This document shows positions 50,650 through 63,166 of a DNA stretch of 64,000 nucleotides, piece after piece. The position numbers were made by a program, and so were the translations under genes. The stretch covers positions 192,001 to 256,000 of the forward strand of contig CAWJAX010000005.1 of NCBI GenBank assembly GCA_963841015.1, read 5' to 3'. Source of the stretch: an uncultured Methanoregulaceae archaeon (GTDB lineage Archaea; Halobacteriota; Methanomicrobia; Methanomicrobiales; Methanospirillaceae). The notes beneath the pieces are model-generated. The model was not told where the DNA came from. It searched no databases and saw only the letters and a list, made by a program, of their open reading frames with translations. Position 1 is the stretch's first letter; each line of letters starts with the position of its first letter.

Positions 50650-51513
50650 ATGAGCCCTGCACCAATACAACCGCTTATAGCGCCAGACTGGAATGAGATC
50701 TGGAAGGCACGGCAGTGCTTGCACGAGTCATCGAAGCATTCCGATGATCCCTCGCATAACTGGGACAAACGGGAAAATGCTGAACGCTACGATTCCACTT
50801 CCCGCAGTGAATACGATGACCGTGTCCGGATTACAATCGCTTGTCTTGACATCACGAAAAATTCCCGGGTGCTGGATATCGGGGCGGGGCCGGGAACCCT
50901 CTCTATCCCTCTCTCCCCTCGAGTGAAGAAGATTACCGCGGTAGAGCCCGGGGCCGGCATGGTGGAGATCCTCAGGGAGCATGCTGAGCGGGAGAAATTA
51001 CACAATATCACCTGCGTGCAGAAGACCTGGGAGGAGATAGATCTCTCCTCTGACCTCACTCCCCCGTTTGACATTGTCATCGCTTCCCTCTCCCTGACCA
51101 TGCATGATATCCGGGAAGCGCTCCGGAAGATGGATGCTGCCTCCTGTGGCTCCGTTCACCTCTTCTGGTTCGTAGACATGCCCTTCTGGGAGCGGATGTA
51201 TGCCGATCTCTGGGAGCCCCTGCACGGGAGCCCGTATCATGCCGGGCCGAAAGCCGATTGTCTCTTCGGGGTCCTCTACCAGATGGGAATTTACCCGGAC
51301 GTCACCATGCTGCCGCTCTCAAAGGAGTACCGTTTCGGGAGTCAGGAGGAGATGCTCGGGTTCTTCCGGAAGCGGTTTGGGGCTAAGACACCACAGCAGG
51401 AGCGGATCGTGGATGCCTATGTCACCCCGCAAATACGTCAGCAGGGCGATGAAGTGGTTATCTCCGGGGATTCGACATTTGCACATCTGAGATGGAGAAC
51501 GACAAAGTCCTGA
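50650..51513 (+). CDS. Class I SAM-dependent methyltransferase
   Basis: VLDIGAGPG, AVEPGAGM, WEE, FDIVIASLSL. Confidence 0.88.
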   Translation: MSPAPIQPLIAPDWNEIWKARQCLHESSKHSDDPSHNWDKRENAERYDSTSRSEYDDRVRITIACLDITKNSRVLDIGAGPGTLSIPLSPRVKKITAVEPGAGMVEILREHAEREKLHNITCVQKTWEEIDLSSDLTPPFDIVIASLSLTMHDIREALRKMDAASCGSVHLFWFVDMPFWERMYADLWEPLHGSPYHAGPKADCLFGVLYQMGIYPDVTMLPLSKEYRFGSQEEMLGFFRKRFGAKTPQQERIVDAYVTPQIRQQGDEVVISGDSTFAHLRWRTTKS

Positions 51514-51791
51514 AAACGGTTCTCGCAAATCGAACAACTCCTTTTAGAATACTTCTCCAGTCCACGACTCTGACGGACCCACATACTACAAAGCGTATAT
51601 AATTTTGAGAGTAATGCGTGGAGCAGCAGTGTGGCAATAGATCTGTGCACTCACAGGATTGTCACCGATATATTCACAACAAGGTAAGGAGCTGTTGCTA
51701 TCGAAATCTGTCAGACACAAAACAAAAACAGTGTAGCAGAGGAATACCAGCAGCCGTACGAAACCCTGGCGGGAAATAGTCGAGGCCGTCC

Positions 51792-52271
51792 ATGACCCGC
51801 GGGAGAAGACCGCTCATGGCCCTCCGCGAAGCCGTGCTGATCGCAAAGAAGCGTGGTGAGACTAGGCAGTTCATGTACGAGCCGGGCATGATCTGCAATT
51901 TCGTGATCTACAGCCCCGGTATCGTGGCCCATGTCCGGATCAAACGGGTCACCCGCGTCCACTGCGACCATGCATGGATCGAGTGTGAGGCAGCCGATGC
52001 ACTCGCAGGACTTCGGGCCATCGCATCCGGGTCCGGGATCTCCCGCGAGCTCTGGGTTTTCCTGCCCCGTGGGGCATTCCGGTTTTACCGCGTCACGGAT
52101 ACCGGGCTTGTCGAACTCAGTCGTGATGGATTGGTGATGCCCGAGAAACCGAAGTCGGCACCCGTAGCGCTGCCACCCATAGCCGGGTTGTCAGCTATAC
52201 TCCCGGTCCAGAAACCCCTTCCGGAATCCACCGTCGGTGAAATTCCCTCAGAAAAGGGTCATGGGGAGTAG
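51792..52271 (+). CDS. Hypothetical protein, possibly degenerate PD-(D/E)XK/resolvase-like fold
   Basis: GAGG RBS; MTRGRRP..ICNFVI..HVRIKR..RELWV..FRFYRV alpha/beta pattern. Confidence 0.6.
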   Translation: MTRGRRPLMALREAVLIAKKRGETRQFMYEPGMICNFVIYSPGIVAHVRIKRVTRVHCDHAWIECEAADALAGLRAIASGSGISRELWVFLPRGAFRFYRVTDTGLVELSRDGLVMPEKPKSAPVALPPIAGLSAILPVQKPLPESTVGEIPSEKGHGE

Positions 52272-52607
52272 GATCCCCCTTTCTTAAAATGCCCTGATTG
52301 GCAAACGGAGCCTGTATAACAGACTTTGCCCGCTCCCCCTTTTCGGGCATCCGAAAATAGATCGAATTGAGGGAAAAACGGTACAATGAGGTTATTTTCC
52401 TCCACGAAAAAGGCCCGGATTGATCTTCCTTCTCTCGGTACTTTGGAAATATCTAAATAGAATCAATTGGGTGGAGAAAGTCCACTGAAACCGTGCCGGG
52501 GTTTGAGTGATTTAAGGAGGATCTGAGGATCCGTCAGGTCAGGCCAAACATTTCCAAAAAATTTTAGCGCAAAAAAATTTTGTTGAATTTTTTTAAAAAG
52601 ATCTCGT

Positions 52608-53741
52608 TTACCCAACCCGCTTGATCCTTCCCATCGCTTCTTTCAACCGCTCCATCGACGTCGCATACGAAAGCCGGATCCATCCCGGTGCATAGAACGC
52701 ACTACCCGGGGTTGCTGCCACGTGGCCATTCTCGAGCCATCGGGAGGCAACTTCCATATCGTCGCCGGTAACTTTCACAAAGGCATAGAACGCCCCATCA
52801 GCAGGTGCTGTCTCGTAACCCATACGGTTCAGCTCGGCAATGATGTATTTCCGCCGCCGGTCGAACTCTTTACGCATCTCTTCGACGCAGGACTGGTCAC
52901 CTTTGAGTGCGGCAACCCCGCCCCACATCGCAAAGGTGGTCGCCTGGCTGATGGTGTGCTGCTGTACCTTGGACATCTCTGCGATGATCTCCTTGGGGGC
53001 AACTGCGTATCCGAGCCGCCAGCCGGTCATGGCATAGGCTTTCGAGAAGCCGTTGATAGTAATCGTCCGCTGCGCCATGTCGCCGATTGCGGCAAGCGAG
53101 AGGTGTTCTTTACCATAGACCATCTTCTCGTAGATCTCATCGGACATCGCATAAATGTCATAATCCGTGCAGAGATCCGCAACGAGCTTTAAGGACTTTG
53201 TGTCGAAAACAGCACCCGTAGGATTCGATGGGGAGTTGATCACGATCATCTTGGTCTTTGCATTCACCCGCTCGAGAAGAGAGTCGTCGAGCTGGAAGGT
53301 TTTTACGTTGATCGCGTGCTTCACGATCTTCCCGCCAGCGATCTGGACACAGGGCTCATACGAGACCCAGGCCGGGGTGAGGATAATCGTCTCGTCGCCC
53401 GGGTTCAGGACTGCTTCGCATGCCTCGTAGATGGCCTGCTTGGCCCCACTGGAGACGATGACCTGCTGGGGGGTGCAGGGAAATTTGTTCTCCCGGATGA
53501 TCTTCGTGACGATGGCGCTCGTCAGCTCGGGGATGCCGTTGCTCGGCGCATAATGGGTCTGGCCCCGGTTCAGGGCATCAATGCAGGCATCCGTGATATG
53601 CCGGGGGGTATCGAAATCGGGCTCGCCGATAGACATGCTGATAACATCGATTCCCTCTGCCTGCATCTTTTTTGCCCGGTTGGAGATCGCGATCGTTGCC
53701 GATTCGACAACACCTGCGATCTTCTCCGAGAGAGGCCTCAT
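52608..53741 (-). CDS. Class I/II PLP aminotransferase (aspartate aminotransferase-like)
   Basis: [36 protein letters not shown]. Confidence 0.93.
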   Translation of the reverse strand: MRPLSEKIAGVVESATIAISNRAKKMQAEGIDVISMSIGEPDFDTPRHITDACIDALNRGQTHYAPSNGIPELTSAIVTKIIRENKFPCTPQQVIVSSGAKQAIYEACEAVLNPGDETIILTPAWVSYEPCVQIAGGKIVKHAINVKTFQLDDSLLERVNAKTKMIVINSPSNPTGAVFDTKSLKLVADLCTDYDIYAMSDEIYEKMVYGKEHLSLAAIGDMAQRTITINGFSKAYAMTGWRLGYAVAPKEIIAEMSKVQQHTISQATTFAMWGGVAALKGDQSCVEEMRKEFDRRRKYIIAELNRMGYETAPADGAFYAFVKVTGDDMEVASRWLENGHVAATPGSAFYAPGWIRLSYATSMERLKEAMGRIKRVG

Positions 53742-54157
53742 TTCAACCGTTTGACAAGTTTGATGGCGGATTCGACAGCCCGTTTTGCATAATCGATCCG
53801 TTCGTTTGCCTCAAGGCGTGTCATGCCGGGTCCGGAAATACCAAGGGTTACCGGCTTGCCAAACTCAAGCGAGAGATCGATAATCTTCCGGGCTGCATGC
53901 TGAACGACAATATCGTCATGCTGGGTAGCGCCTTCAATAACACAACCGATAGTGACGACTGCATCAACTTTTCCCGCCTGCAGCATCTTCTTGATCGCAA
54001 GCGGCATGTCATAAGCACCCGGTACGTACAGGCACTCGGTGACTTCTGCGCCAAGAAATGCTGCATGTTCGCGGCCTTCAATTTCCATCATGTAAGTGAT
54101 GTCGCGGTTAAACTCTGCGACAACAAATCCGAGTTTTATGGGGTTGGTATCACACAT
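53738..54157 (-). CDS. ribH: 6,7-dimethyl-8-ribityllumazine synthase
   Basis: [30 protein letters not shown]. Confidence 0.96.
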   Translation of the reverse strand: MCDTNPIKLGFVVAEFNRDITYMMEIEGREHAAFLGAEVTECLYVPGAYDMPLAIKKMLQAGKVDAVVTIGCVIEGATQHDDIVVQHAARKIIDLSLEFGKPVTLGISGPGMTRLEANERIDYAKRAVESAIKLVKRLK

Positions 54158-54200
54158 AGTAGATCATCTCATGTAAATGGTCATAAATGCTTAGCTGGTC

Positions 54201-55789
<1,589 letters not shown>

Positions 55790-55844
55790 GTGGATCTGCT
55801 CATAGTATATCTAGATAAGCACAATATATGTTTGGATGGTTAGT

Positions 55845-56237
55845 ATGGCTGACGTGGCAGTTATTTCGGGCTCCGCTTCTGATTCAGCAATCACGGACAA
55901 GGTAAAAAAGATCCTTGAAGAAAACCAGGTTTTGTATGACGCCCAGATCATTTCAGCCCACCGTGATCCAGAGAGACTTGACACCTACATAAAAACCAGT
56001 AATGCGAAAATATTCATTGCGATTGCCGGACTTTCAGCAGCCCTTCCCGGTGTGATCGCTTCAAAGACCAATAAACCGGTGATCGGTGTCCCGGTCAGCG
56101 GGACCCTGAACGGGCTCGATGCACTCCTCGCAATTGCCCAGATGCCCAAAGGTGTACCGGTAGCATGCGTGGGGGTTGACAACGGAGATAACGCGGCATG
56201 GCTGGCGATCCGGATACTGAATTTATTAAAAAAATGA
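55845..56237 (+). CDS. purE: N5-CAIR mutase / AIR carboxylase
   Basis: [34 protein letters not shown]. Confidence 0.95.
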   Translation: MADVAVISGSASDSAITDKVKKILEENQVLYDAQIISAHRDPERLDTYIKTSNAKIFIAIAGLSAALPGVIASKTNKPVIGVPVSGTLNGLDALLAIAQMPKGVPVACVGVDNGDNAAWLAIRILNLLKK

Positions 56238-56243
56238 AAAATA

Positions 56244-57521
56244 TTATTTTTTCGTCTTTTTTTCGTCAAAGAGTTCGTTGACTATCTTGATTGCACAGAG
56301 ATCGCCGCACATCGAACAGGTCTCCATGTCCCCATCGCGGCAGTGGATCTTTTTTGCATGGTCTCCAAAGAGAGCCAGTCTGAACTGGGCATCCCAATCG
56401 AGTTCATGCCGTGCCTCAGCCATCTGCACCTCACGTTCCATCCGCCAGCCCTCGTGCCTCCGGACAGTATCCCCTATGTGGGCAGCGATCTTTGCCACCC
56501 GCGTTCCCTCGATGATGTCTGCAACATCCGGAAGTGCGAGGTGTTCGCTGGGAGATACCATGCAGAGGAAATCTGCCCCATTCAGGCATGCCGTTGCCCC
56601 CCCTATGGCAGCTACAACATGATCATAGCCTGGCGCAATATCGGTGACGAGGGGTCCAAGCAGGTAGAGAGGAGCATGATCGGTGATCTCTTTTATCATG
56701 TGCACATTGTAGCCAACCTGATCGAGTGGCATATGTCCTGGTCCTTCGATCATCCGCTGGACCCCCTTTGCCAGTGCCTGTTTCGCAAGCGTGCCGAGTG
56801 TGATATACTCCACCGACTTTGCGAGTTTCCCTGCATCCTGCAGGCAGCCGGGGCGCATCCCGTCCCCAAGGCTTATCGTCACATCGTACTCTGCGAGAAT
56901 CTCTAACAGGTAATCGTATTCGGCAAACAGAGGATTCTCCTCGTCACGCTGCACCATCATCGCACAGTGGAATGAACCACCCCGGCTCACCACACCCATC
57001 ACCCGAGGATCATTCCTGAGCGCTGCAAGTGCCTGCCGGTTCACCCCGCAGTGGAGTGTCAGGAAGTCAACACCCTGCTGGCAGTGTTCGCGGATGACCC
57101 GGAAGAGAAGATCGGCATCAACATCAGCGGCATTACCCGCCCTGCGGACTGCTTCATAGACTGGAACTGTCCCAACCGTGGTATCAAACGCAAGGATTTT
57201 TTTCCGGATTGCGACAAGGTCGCCACCGGTCGAGAGATCCATTAATGCATCGGCGCCATTGATGAGTGCAGCCTGTGCCTTTTCCTCTTCAAGTTCGGGA
57301 TCACAGCGTGTGCCTGATGTCCCGATATTGACATTAATTTTTACCTGGCAGCCCTCTCCTATCGCGCACTGCTGGTGGATGCGCTTTGGATTTGCCGGAA
57401 TCACAATCCTTCCTGCTGAAATACCCCGGGCTAAGCGCGCCGTATCTATTCCTTCCAACCGAGCCACCACGTCGAGTTCCTGCGGAATCCCACGGGAACA
57501 TCTGCGGATCAGGGAATCCAT
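56244..57521 (-). CDS. thiC: ThiC-family radical SAM enzyme (HMP-P synthase or BzaF-like paralog)
   Basis: KINVNIGTS, MDLSTGG, GTVPVY, SRGGS, EGPGH, PGYDH, EHLALP, CSMCGDLC. Confidence 0.88.
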   Translation of the reverse strand: MDSLIRRCSRGIPQELDVVARLEGIDTARLARGISAGRIVIPANPKRIHQQCAIGEGCQVKINVNIGTSGTRCDPELEEEKAQAALINGADALMDLSTGGDLVAIRKKILAFDTTVGTVPVYEAVRRAGNAADVDADLLFRVIREHCQQGVDFLTLHCGVNRQALAALRNDPRVMGVVSRGGSFHCAMMVQRDEENPLFAEYDYLLEILAEYDVTISLGDGMRPGCLQDAGKLAKSVEYITLGTLAKQALAKGVQRMIEGPGHMPLDQVGYNVHMIKEITDHAPLYLLGPLVTDIAPGYDHVVAAIGGATACLNGADFLCMVSPSEHLALPDVADIIEGTRVAKIAAHIGDTVRRHEGWRMEREVQMAEARHELDWDAQFRLALFGDHAKKIHCRDGDMETCSMCGDLCAIKIVNELFDEKKTKK

Positions 57522-57555
57522 AAGAAACATCTGTCGGGAGTCCTTATTATTGTGC

Positions 57556-58159
57556 ATGCAGGTCAGATGGATTCCCGAACAGTCGGCTTTTGCGAACTCC
57601 TATATTTACGGCACGATTCTCGTTGACGCGGGATTGCCGCCAATGGCTGTCAAACCATTCAAAGATGAAATCGATACAATTGTCCTGACGCACTGCCATT
57701 TTGATCACACAGCCCGAATAAAAGAGATTGCCTTTATGTGTAAGGCAAAGGTCGCCATTCATAAAAATGATGCCAGAGGGCTTGTTGATGACATCCAGAG
57801 CCTGTCCATGCACTTTGGTGCACGTTCTCCCGGGATTGCTCCTGATATTGTACTTTCTGAGGGGGACATCATAGGAGAATTAGAGGTCCTGCATACACCA
57901 GGTCATACACCGGGAAGCATTTGCCTCTTTTCTGAGCGGGACCATGTTCTTATCAGCGGAGATACTGTTTTTTCCGACGGGTGTTTCGGAAGATATGATT
58001 TCCCGGGGGGTAGCAGGATTGAACTTGAACAATCACTCAACCGGCTCTCGCTTCTTGATGTGGAGGGGCTTTACCCCGGCCATGGGGAACCGGTTGAAAC
58101 CGGCTGGACGCCGTCACATCGCTTCAGCGCTGGGACTGATGAAGAGCGGTTATGGATAA
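57556..58159 (+). CDS. MBL-fold metallo-hydrolase, +1 frameshift near 58105
   Basis: THCHFDH, HTPGHTPGS, SGD, PGHG; C-terminus continues in the frame ending 58159. Confidence 0.85.
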
Positions 58160-58608
58160 AGGAATTTACTGCCTTGTTTTTCGAAACCCCGGCTGCACTA
58201 TCAGAACTGGTGCATTGGGGGCGATTACGTTTCGGGCCGGTTGGCACATCTATATTGGATCTGCGCTGGGTAGCGGGGGGTTACAACGGCTTGAACGTCA
58301 TATCTCGCTCGCCCTCCTGCATGACAAACAACCGAAATGGCATGTTGACTACCTCTTCATTTCACCCTGTTTTTCGCTTGTTTATGCAGTCTACGCAATC
58401 ACAGGGGATCGTCTGGAATGCCAGCTTGTTCGTGAACTGAACAAGGCCGGGCATTGCAAAGTTCGGATGCAGTGACTGCTCCTGTACATCGCATCTCCTG
58501 TACCGGCAGGGTGATCCAAAGCAGGAGATCCTCGCTGCATTCTGTGGACTCCAGCTCGATCCCATCATCAAAACTATCATTAATCCACAGGTTAAGGGTA
58601 ACATATGA
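58152..58608 (+). CDS. DUF123/GIY-YIG (Uri-like) nuclease, +1 frameshift near 58450
   Basis: GIYCL, YIGSA, WHVDYL, EC; removing one G restores FGCSDCSCTSHL and an ATGA overlap with the next gene. Confidence 0.82.
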
Positions 58609-59159
58609 AAGTGCTTGGGATATCGGGAAGCATGCGAAAGGATGGAAATACCGCAGATCTGGTCAATGTTATCCTCAAACGCTGTGATGAGGCAGGGATC
58701 AAAACCGAATTTGTCTCGCTTGCGGGAAAAAAAATTCACCCGTGTCTGGGCTGTGAGAAGTGCAAGGAGAAGAAATGGTGTGTGATAGAGAATGATGACT
58801 GGGGCGAAGTGATTCAGAAAGTGCTCGACAGCGACGTGCTCGTTATAGGTTCACCCACCTATTATTACGATATATGCGGCCACCTGAAAAACTTCATTGA
58901 CCGCACGTATTCCCTCTATCACGACCGGAAGCTTGCGGGAAGAAAAGGGATCGCTGTAGCGGTTCAGGCACATAAAGGTGCCAGCCGGACGATCCAGACG
59001 CTTGAGGGGTTCTTAAGCACGCATGAATTCTCATCGCTGGGTTCGGTGAAAGGGAACGGGTATCATAAAGGCGAAGTGCTGTCTGATGAGGATGCAGTAG
59101 AAAAAGCTCAGAAAATCGGCGATAAAATCGTCAGGCTTGTGAAACGCAACCACGATTGA
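58605..59159 (+). CDS. Iron-sulfur flavoprotein (Isf)/flavodoxin-like protein
   Basis: GSMRKDGNT, CLGCEKC..WC, GSPTYY, LKNFIDR. Confidence 0.9.
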   Translation: MKVLGISGSMRKDGNTADLVNVILKRCDEAGIKTEFVSLAGKKIHPCLGCEKCKEKKWCVIENDDWGEVIQKVLDSDVLVIGSPTYYYDICGHLKNFIDRTYSLYHDRKLAGRKGIAVAVQAHKGASRTIQTLEGFLSTHEFSSLGSVKGNGYHKGEVLSDEDAVEKAQKIGDKIVRLVKRNHD

Positions 59160-59180
59160 TCCTATAAAATGCTGTTTCCC

Positions 59181-59632
59181 TCAATCGTGTTTTTTTCCTT
59201 TCATCGACTTAATATCGATCCTGATTACACAAACATTTCTGATATCTTCATCGGACAACTCGTGAATCCCACTCCCATAGTGGTGCATGATGCAGTTTAA
59301 TCCGTGTTTCTTTTCCTCATGATCAGATATGAAATATGCACTGCCAAAACCGATCACACTTTTATATCGCATCTCCCATGCACACGGCTTCTCAGTGCGT
59401 ATGAGTGTTTGACACAGGTCTACCTCAAAACAACACTGTGGATTTTTCTTTAAAATTTCAATTTTTTTTCCGGACATGGCTGAATGATGGTAAATTGTTC
59501 CGTCAATGTACCCAAAACAAAGCGGATATACGGCTCAACGCCATCCGACATACCAATCCTGCAGACCTGCGCATCGTTGAGGAGAGATTCAATCTCGACA
59601 ATGTCAGTGATCTGACGATCGCTTCTTCTCAT
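59181..59632 (-). CDS. Pyridoxamine 5'-phosphate oxidase/NimA-like flavin-binding protein, frameshift near 59525
   Basis: MRRSDRQI..CRIG..EPYI in one frame; PLCFGY..HSAMSGKK..NPQCCFEVD..YKSVIGFG in another. Confidence 0.82.
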
Positions 59633-59676
59633 ACACCCTCTTGGGGATATTATCTATTGATAGTGCAAGGTCCCGG

Positions 59677-60765
59677 TCAGACCGGTTCATAGAGCGTCGT
59701 ACGGCGTTTGAGTGTCCGTCCGATATCCTCTGCAATCCGCTGCATCTCAGAAGGATCAAGGTAATCTGTATTGATTGCACCAGCCCCTTTTGAAATGCTC
59801 TCTTCGAACATCGTGCCGCCAAGATCGTTGGCACCTGCAACCAAACTTAACTGGGCCATCTTGATGCCTTCTTTTACCCAGGAAACCTGGATATTCTTAA
59901 AGTTGTCCAGAAAGAGGCGTGCTACAGCGACCATCAGGAGATCTTCTCTTCCTGTCGCTCCTGCCCGCGCTTTTCCAGCACGGAAGAGGGGAGTGTTCAT
60001 GTGGATAAACGAAAGAGGGACAAATTCTGTAAACCCGCGCGTTTCATCCTGAATTTCACGCAGGATTGCAAGATGGTGCACCCGGTCTTCATCAGTCTCA
60101 CAATGACCATACATAATTGTTGCAGTGGTTGGAATGCCCAGGGCATGCGCCTCCCGGATAATGCGAATCCATTCATTTGTTGAAACCTTCTGTGCACAGA
60201 TTTTTTTACGGACTGAATCAACAAGGATCTCTGCTGCCGTGCCGCACATTGACCCGAGTCCTGCCGCTTTCATGTCCATCAGCACATCATGAGTGCTCAT
60301 ATTGCTCTTTTTAGCAGCATAGGCAACTTCCATCGGATTGCTGGCATGAAGATGGATGCCAGGTGCAGCCTCATGAATCCAGCGGTAGACATCACAATAG
60401 GATTGGGCATTAAAATCCGGATGGAGCCCGCTGACCGTACAGATTTCGGATACTTCGCGCATTTTTGCGAGGGACGCCTTTTTCTGGATCTCGGACTTGT
60501 CGTGATAATAGATACCGTCATCACCAGGTTTTTTTGAAAAGCCGCAGAAACCGCAGGCATTGACGCAGAGATTGGTCACATTGATGTTCTGGTTCCTGAC
60601 ATAGGTAACTGCGTCACCAACCCGTCGTTCACGCATCTCGTCTGCAGCTGCTGCGATTTCCCAAATCTGTCGATTCCGGACCTGAAACAGATCCAGTGCA
60701 TCGTCGTTACTCATACGGTGGCCGGTTTTGATATCATCAAGCAGAGTCCGCAGCTGATTATCCAT
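59677..60765 (-). CDS. cofH: FO synthase subunit CofH
   Basis: TNLCVNACGFC, GTAAEIL, TATIMYGH, GFTEFVPL, NIQVSWVK, GANDLGGT. Confidence 0.9.
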   Translation of the reverse strand: MDNQLRTLLDDIKTGHRMSNDDALDLFQVRNRQIWEIAAAADEMRERRVGDAVTYVRNQNINVTNLCVNACGFCGFSKKPGDDGIYYHDKSEIQKKASLAKMREVSEICTVSGLHPDFNAQSYCDVYRWIHEAAPGIHLHASNPMEVAYAAKKSNMSTHDVLMDMKAAGLGSMCGTAAEILVDSVRKKICAQKVSTNEWIRIIREAHALGIPTTATIMYGHCETDEDRVHHLAILREIQDETRGFTEFVPLSFIHMNTPLFRAGKARAGATGREDLLMVAVARLFLDNFKNIQVSWVKEGIKMAQLSLVAGANDLGGTMFEESISKGAGAINTDYLDPSEMQRIAEDIGRTLKRRTTLYEPV

Positions 60766-60882
60766 TGCTCACTCCAGGATATTCTTCAGACATTGTAGCG
60801 TCTAAGAGAAAATTACCTGTATCGTATTCTTACCCCACATGATTATTAATCCCCCTGCACCAATCATCTCTACTGGAGAGAT

Positions 60883-61183
60883 ATGGAACAGGTTGAAGTT
60901 CAACTGACCAGAAAGGTTGCAGATGGATTTATTATTCCTCTCGGCCCGGCGAATCTTGTTGCGGTAATGACCGATGTGGGGATGGTTGGTTGTGGAGCTT
61001 TTGACGTCAGCTGCACTGGATTCTTTCAGCTATCCTGCAGCAAAGGTGAGACCCGCAATCGGACCGACAATTGCAGATACCGAAGATATCCTGAAAGGGA
61101 TAATCAAGGAGGCAAACCGATCTGCTTTGGGACGCGGGATACGGACCGGTATGACCGGACGGCAGGCGCTGGAGCTTCTCTGA
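60883..61183 (+). CDS. YunC/DUF1805 family protein, +1 frameshift near 61009
   Basis: GMVGCGAFDV then AALDSF..AAKV..GIRTGMTGRQAL in the next frame. Confidence 0.78.
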
Positions 61184-61236
61184 TATCTTTTTTAGAGAAA
61201 AAGGAATTCGATGGTTACATCGAGAATATTTTTTTT

Positions 61237-62322
61237 TTAGATCAGTTTATACAGGGTTGTCCGCTCCTGCAGGGTTCGCCCAATGTCTGACACTATCCGT
61301 TCCATGACCACTGGATCAAGGTAATCTGCATCGATTGCCCCTGCATTTACAGATATATCATCGGAGAACATGGTGCCGGCAAGATCATTGCCTCCGGCGA
61401 GTAACGACATCTGAGACATCTTTTGTCCAAGCTTCCCCAACGGGACCTGAATATTATTGAAATTATCGAGGAACAGCCGGGAAACAGCGGTCATCAGCAG
61501 ATCTTCCCGACCTGTCGCGCCTGCACGGGCAATACCCTCTTTAAAAAGCGAGGTATTGGTGTGGATATAGGTCAGAGGAACCAGTTCAGTAAAGCCATGT
61601 GTTTCATCCTGAATCGTGCGCAGTATGCCAAGATGCTCAGCCTGGTCCTTTGCAGTTTCACAGGAACCGTACATAATAGTCGCTGTCGAAAATATCCCCA
61701 GCGCGTGTGCTTCTTTGATAATTCGGACCCATTCAGCTGTACCCAATTTCCGGGGACAGATCACTTTTCTCACAGAGTCCACAAGGATCTCTGCCGCAGT
61801 ACCCTGTAATGACCCAAGACCAGCAGCCTTCAATCGTTCAAGAACTTCAACACTGGAAAGATTGCTTCCTGATGCCGCATAGGAGACTTCATCCGGGCTG
61901 AACGCATGGAGATGAATATGCGGTCCTACCTCATGGACCCATGAGATTAGATCACAGTAAGTGTCGATGGTAAATTCTGGATGCACGCCGCTCAGTGGAC
62001 AGATCTCAGTAACACCACGCTTGAGGGCAAGACGTACCTTTGCCTGAATTGCCAGCTTATCATTGCAATAGGCGCCATCATCATCAGCACTCCTCCCAAA
62101 GCCGCAGAAACCACAGAGATTCTTACAGATATTGGTCACATGGAGGTTCTGGTTTTTCACATACGTTACAATGTTGCCTGCTTTGCGCTCCCGAACCTCA
62201 TCTGCAGCAGATATAATTTCGAAAACATTCCGGTCCCGTATTTCCAGAAGCCGGGTTGCCTCGACCTCAGTAAGACGATGTCCACCGAGTACATCTGATA
62301 GGAGTGTTGAAATATCTGACAT
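61237..62322 (-). CDS. cofH: CofH paralog (radical SAM)
   Basis: TNICKNLCGFC, GTAAEIL, TATIMYG, ATGREDL, GGNDLAGT. Confidence 0.85.
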   Translation of the reverse strand: MSDISTLLSDVLGGHRLTEVEATRLLEIRDRNVFEIISAADEVRERKAGNIVTYVKNQNLHVTNICKNLCGFCGFGRSADDDGAYCNDKLAIQAKVRLALKRGVTEICPLSGVHPEFTIDTYCDLISWVHEVGPHIHLHAFSPDEVSYAASGSNLSSVEVLERLKAAGLGSLQGTAAEILVDSVRKVICPRKLGTAEWVRIIKEAHALGIFSTATIMYGSCETAKDQAEHLGILRTIQDETHGFTELVPLTYIHTNTSLFKEGIARAGATGREDLLMTAVSRLFLDNFNNIQVPLGKLGQKMSQMSLLAGGNDLAGTMFSDDISVNAGAIDADYLDPVVMERIVSDIGRTLQERTTLYKLI

Positions 62323-62337
62323 AATTACCGCAACTAT

Positions 62338-63084
62338 CTAACGCTGTTTTTTTCTGTCCTTTTTCTGCGGTTTTTTCGTTTTGTCCTCCCGGGAGTGCAG
62401 ATAGAGTTCATGGAGTACCATGATGACTATGATGATGATAGTCACTTCAACAATATGGAGTGGGAGGTACCCGACCAGCGGGATGGTGAACAGTGCCTTT
62501 CCAATGATCCATTCATCCTTTACCGGCTCGATAACACCCAAACCCTGGTAAACTGCGACCTGATCAATATTTTTGTTATTATCCCCTTTTGTGATATATC
62601 CGCCGTGAGGTTGGTAATACTTTGAAATATTTTCAAGATCCAGTTGCAGGTATTTTGGCAGGTCTGCTGTGTCAGCTTTGACCATTGCCCGGTGGATAAT
62701 AGGATGTACACCTGATGAGATGAAGGGTATTGGAACCACAGGATTCTTTGCCCCGTTTGGCTGGTAAATAATCACATCCCCGTAATCCTCGAACTTTTTA
62801 TAGCCTGTTGTATTTCCCTGGACCCAGGTCTGTAATGTACCGAACCGGTCCTTCTGGACGACGACAACAAGATCTCCCACATTCATGTGAGGTACCATGC
62901 TCTCAGATTCGATAGTGACAACCGCAGGCCAGGTACCGCTGATTAAGAACAGGGTAAGTGCGATCCCGCCAACAACCGCCACGATCCAGATCAGATCGCG
63001 CGCCAGGGACACCCCCCAGTGATCACTTTCCCGGAATTTTGAGACCAGCGTGCGGATACCCCGTTTATTATCGTTATCAGCCAT
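62338..63084 (-). CDS. sec11: Signal peptidase I, archaeal Sec11 type
   Basis: WPAVVTIESESMVP, GDVIIY, PIIHRA, YITKGDNN, IPLVGY. Confidence 0.9.
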   Translation of the reverse strand: MADNDNKRGIRTLVSKFRESDHWGVSLARDLIWIVAVVGGIALTLFLISGTWPAVVTIESESMVPHMNVGDLVVVVQKDRFGTLQTWVQGNTTGYKKFEDYGDVIIYQPNGAKNPVVPIPFISSGVHPIIHRAMVKADTADLPKYLQLDLENISKYYQPHGGYITKGDNNKNIDQVAVYQGLGVIEPVKDEWIIGKALFTIPLVGYLPLHIVEVTIIIIVIMVLHELYLHSREDKTKKPQKKDRKKQR

Positions 63085-63166
63085 TTTTGCTCTCATTCTC
63101 TGATTTTTTATAATATGTTTAACCCTTCATAATTAACCATGTCGGATTATAAAATGCCGGAAGATT

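Noticed and set aside
57178-57555. Long N-terminal extension of the 420-aa ORF antisense to thiC
   Set aside because: Antisense shadow; the MBL domain starts at ATG 57556.
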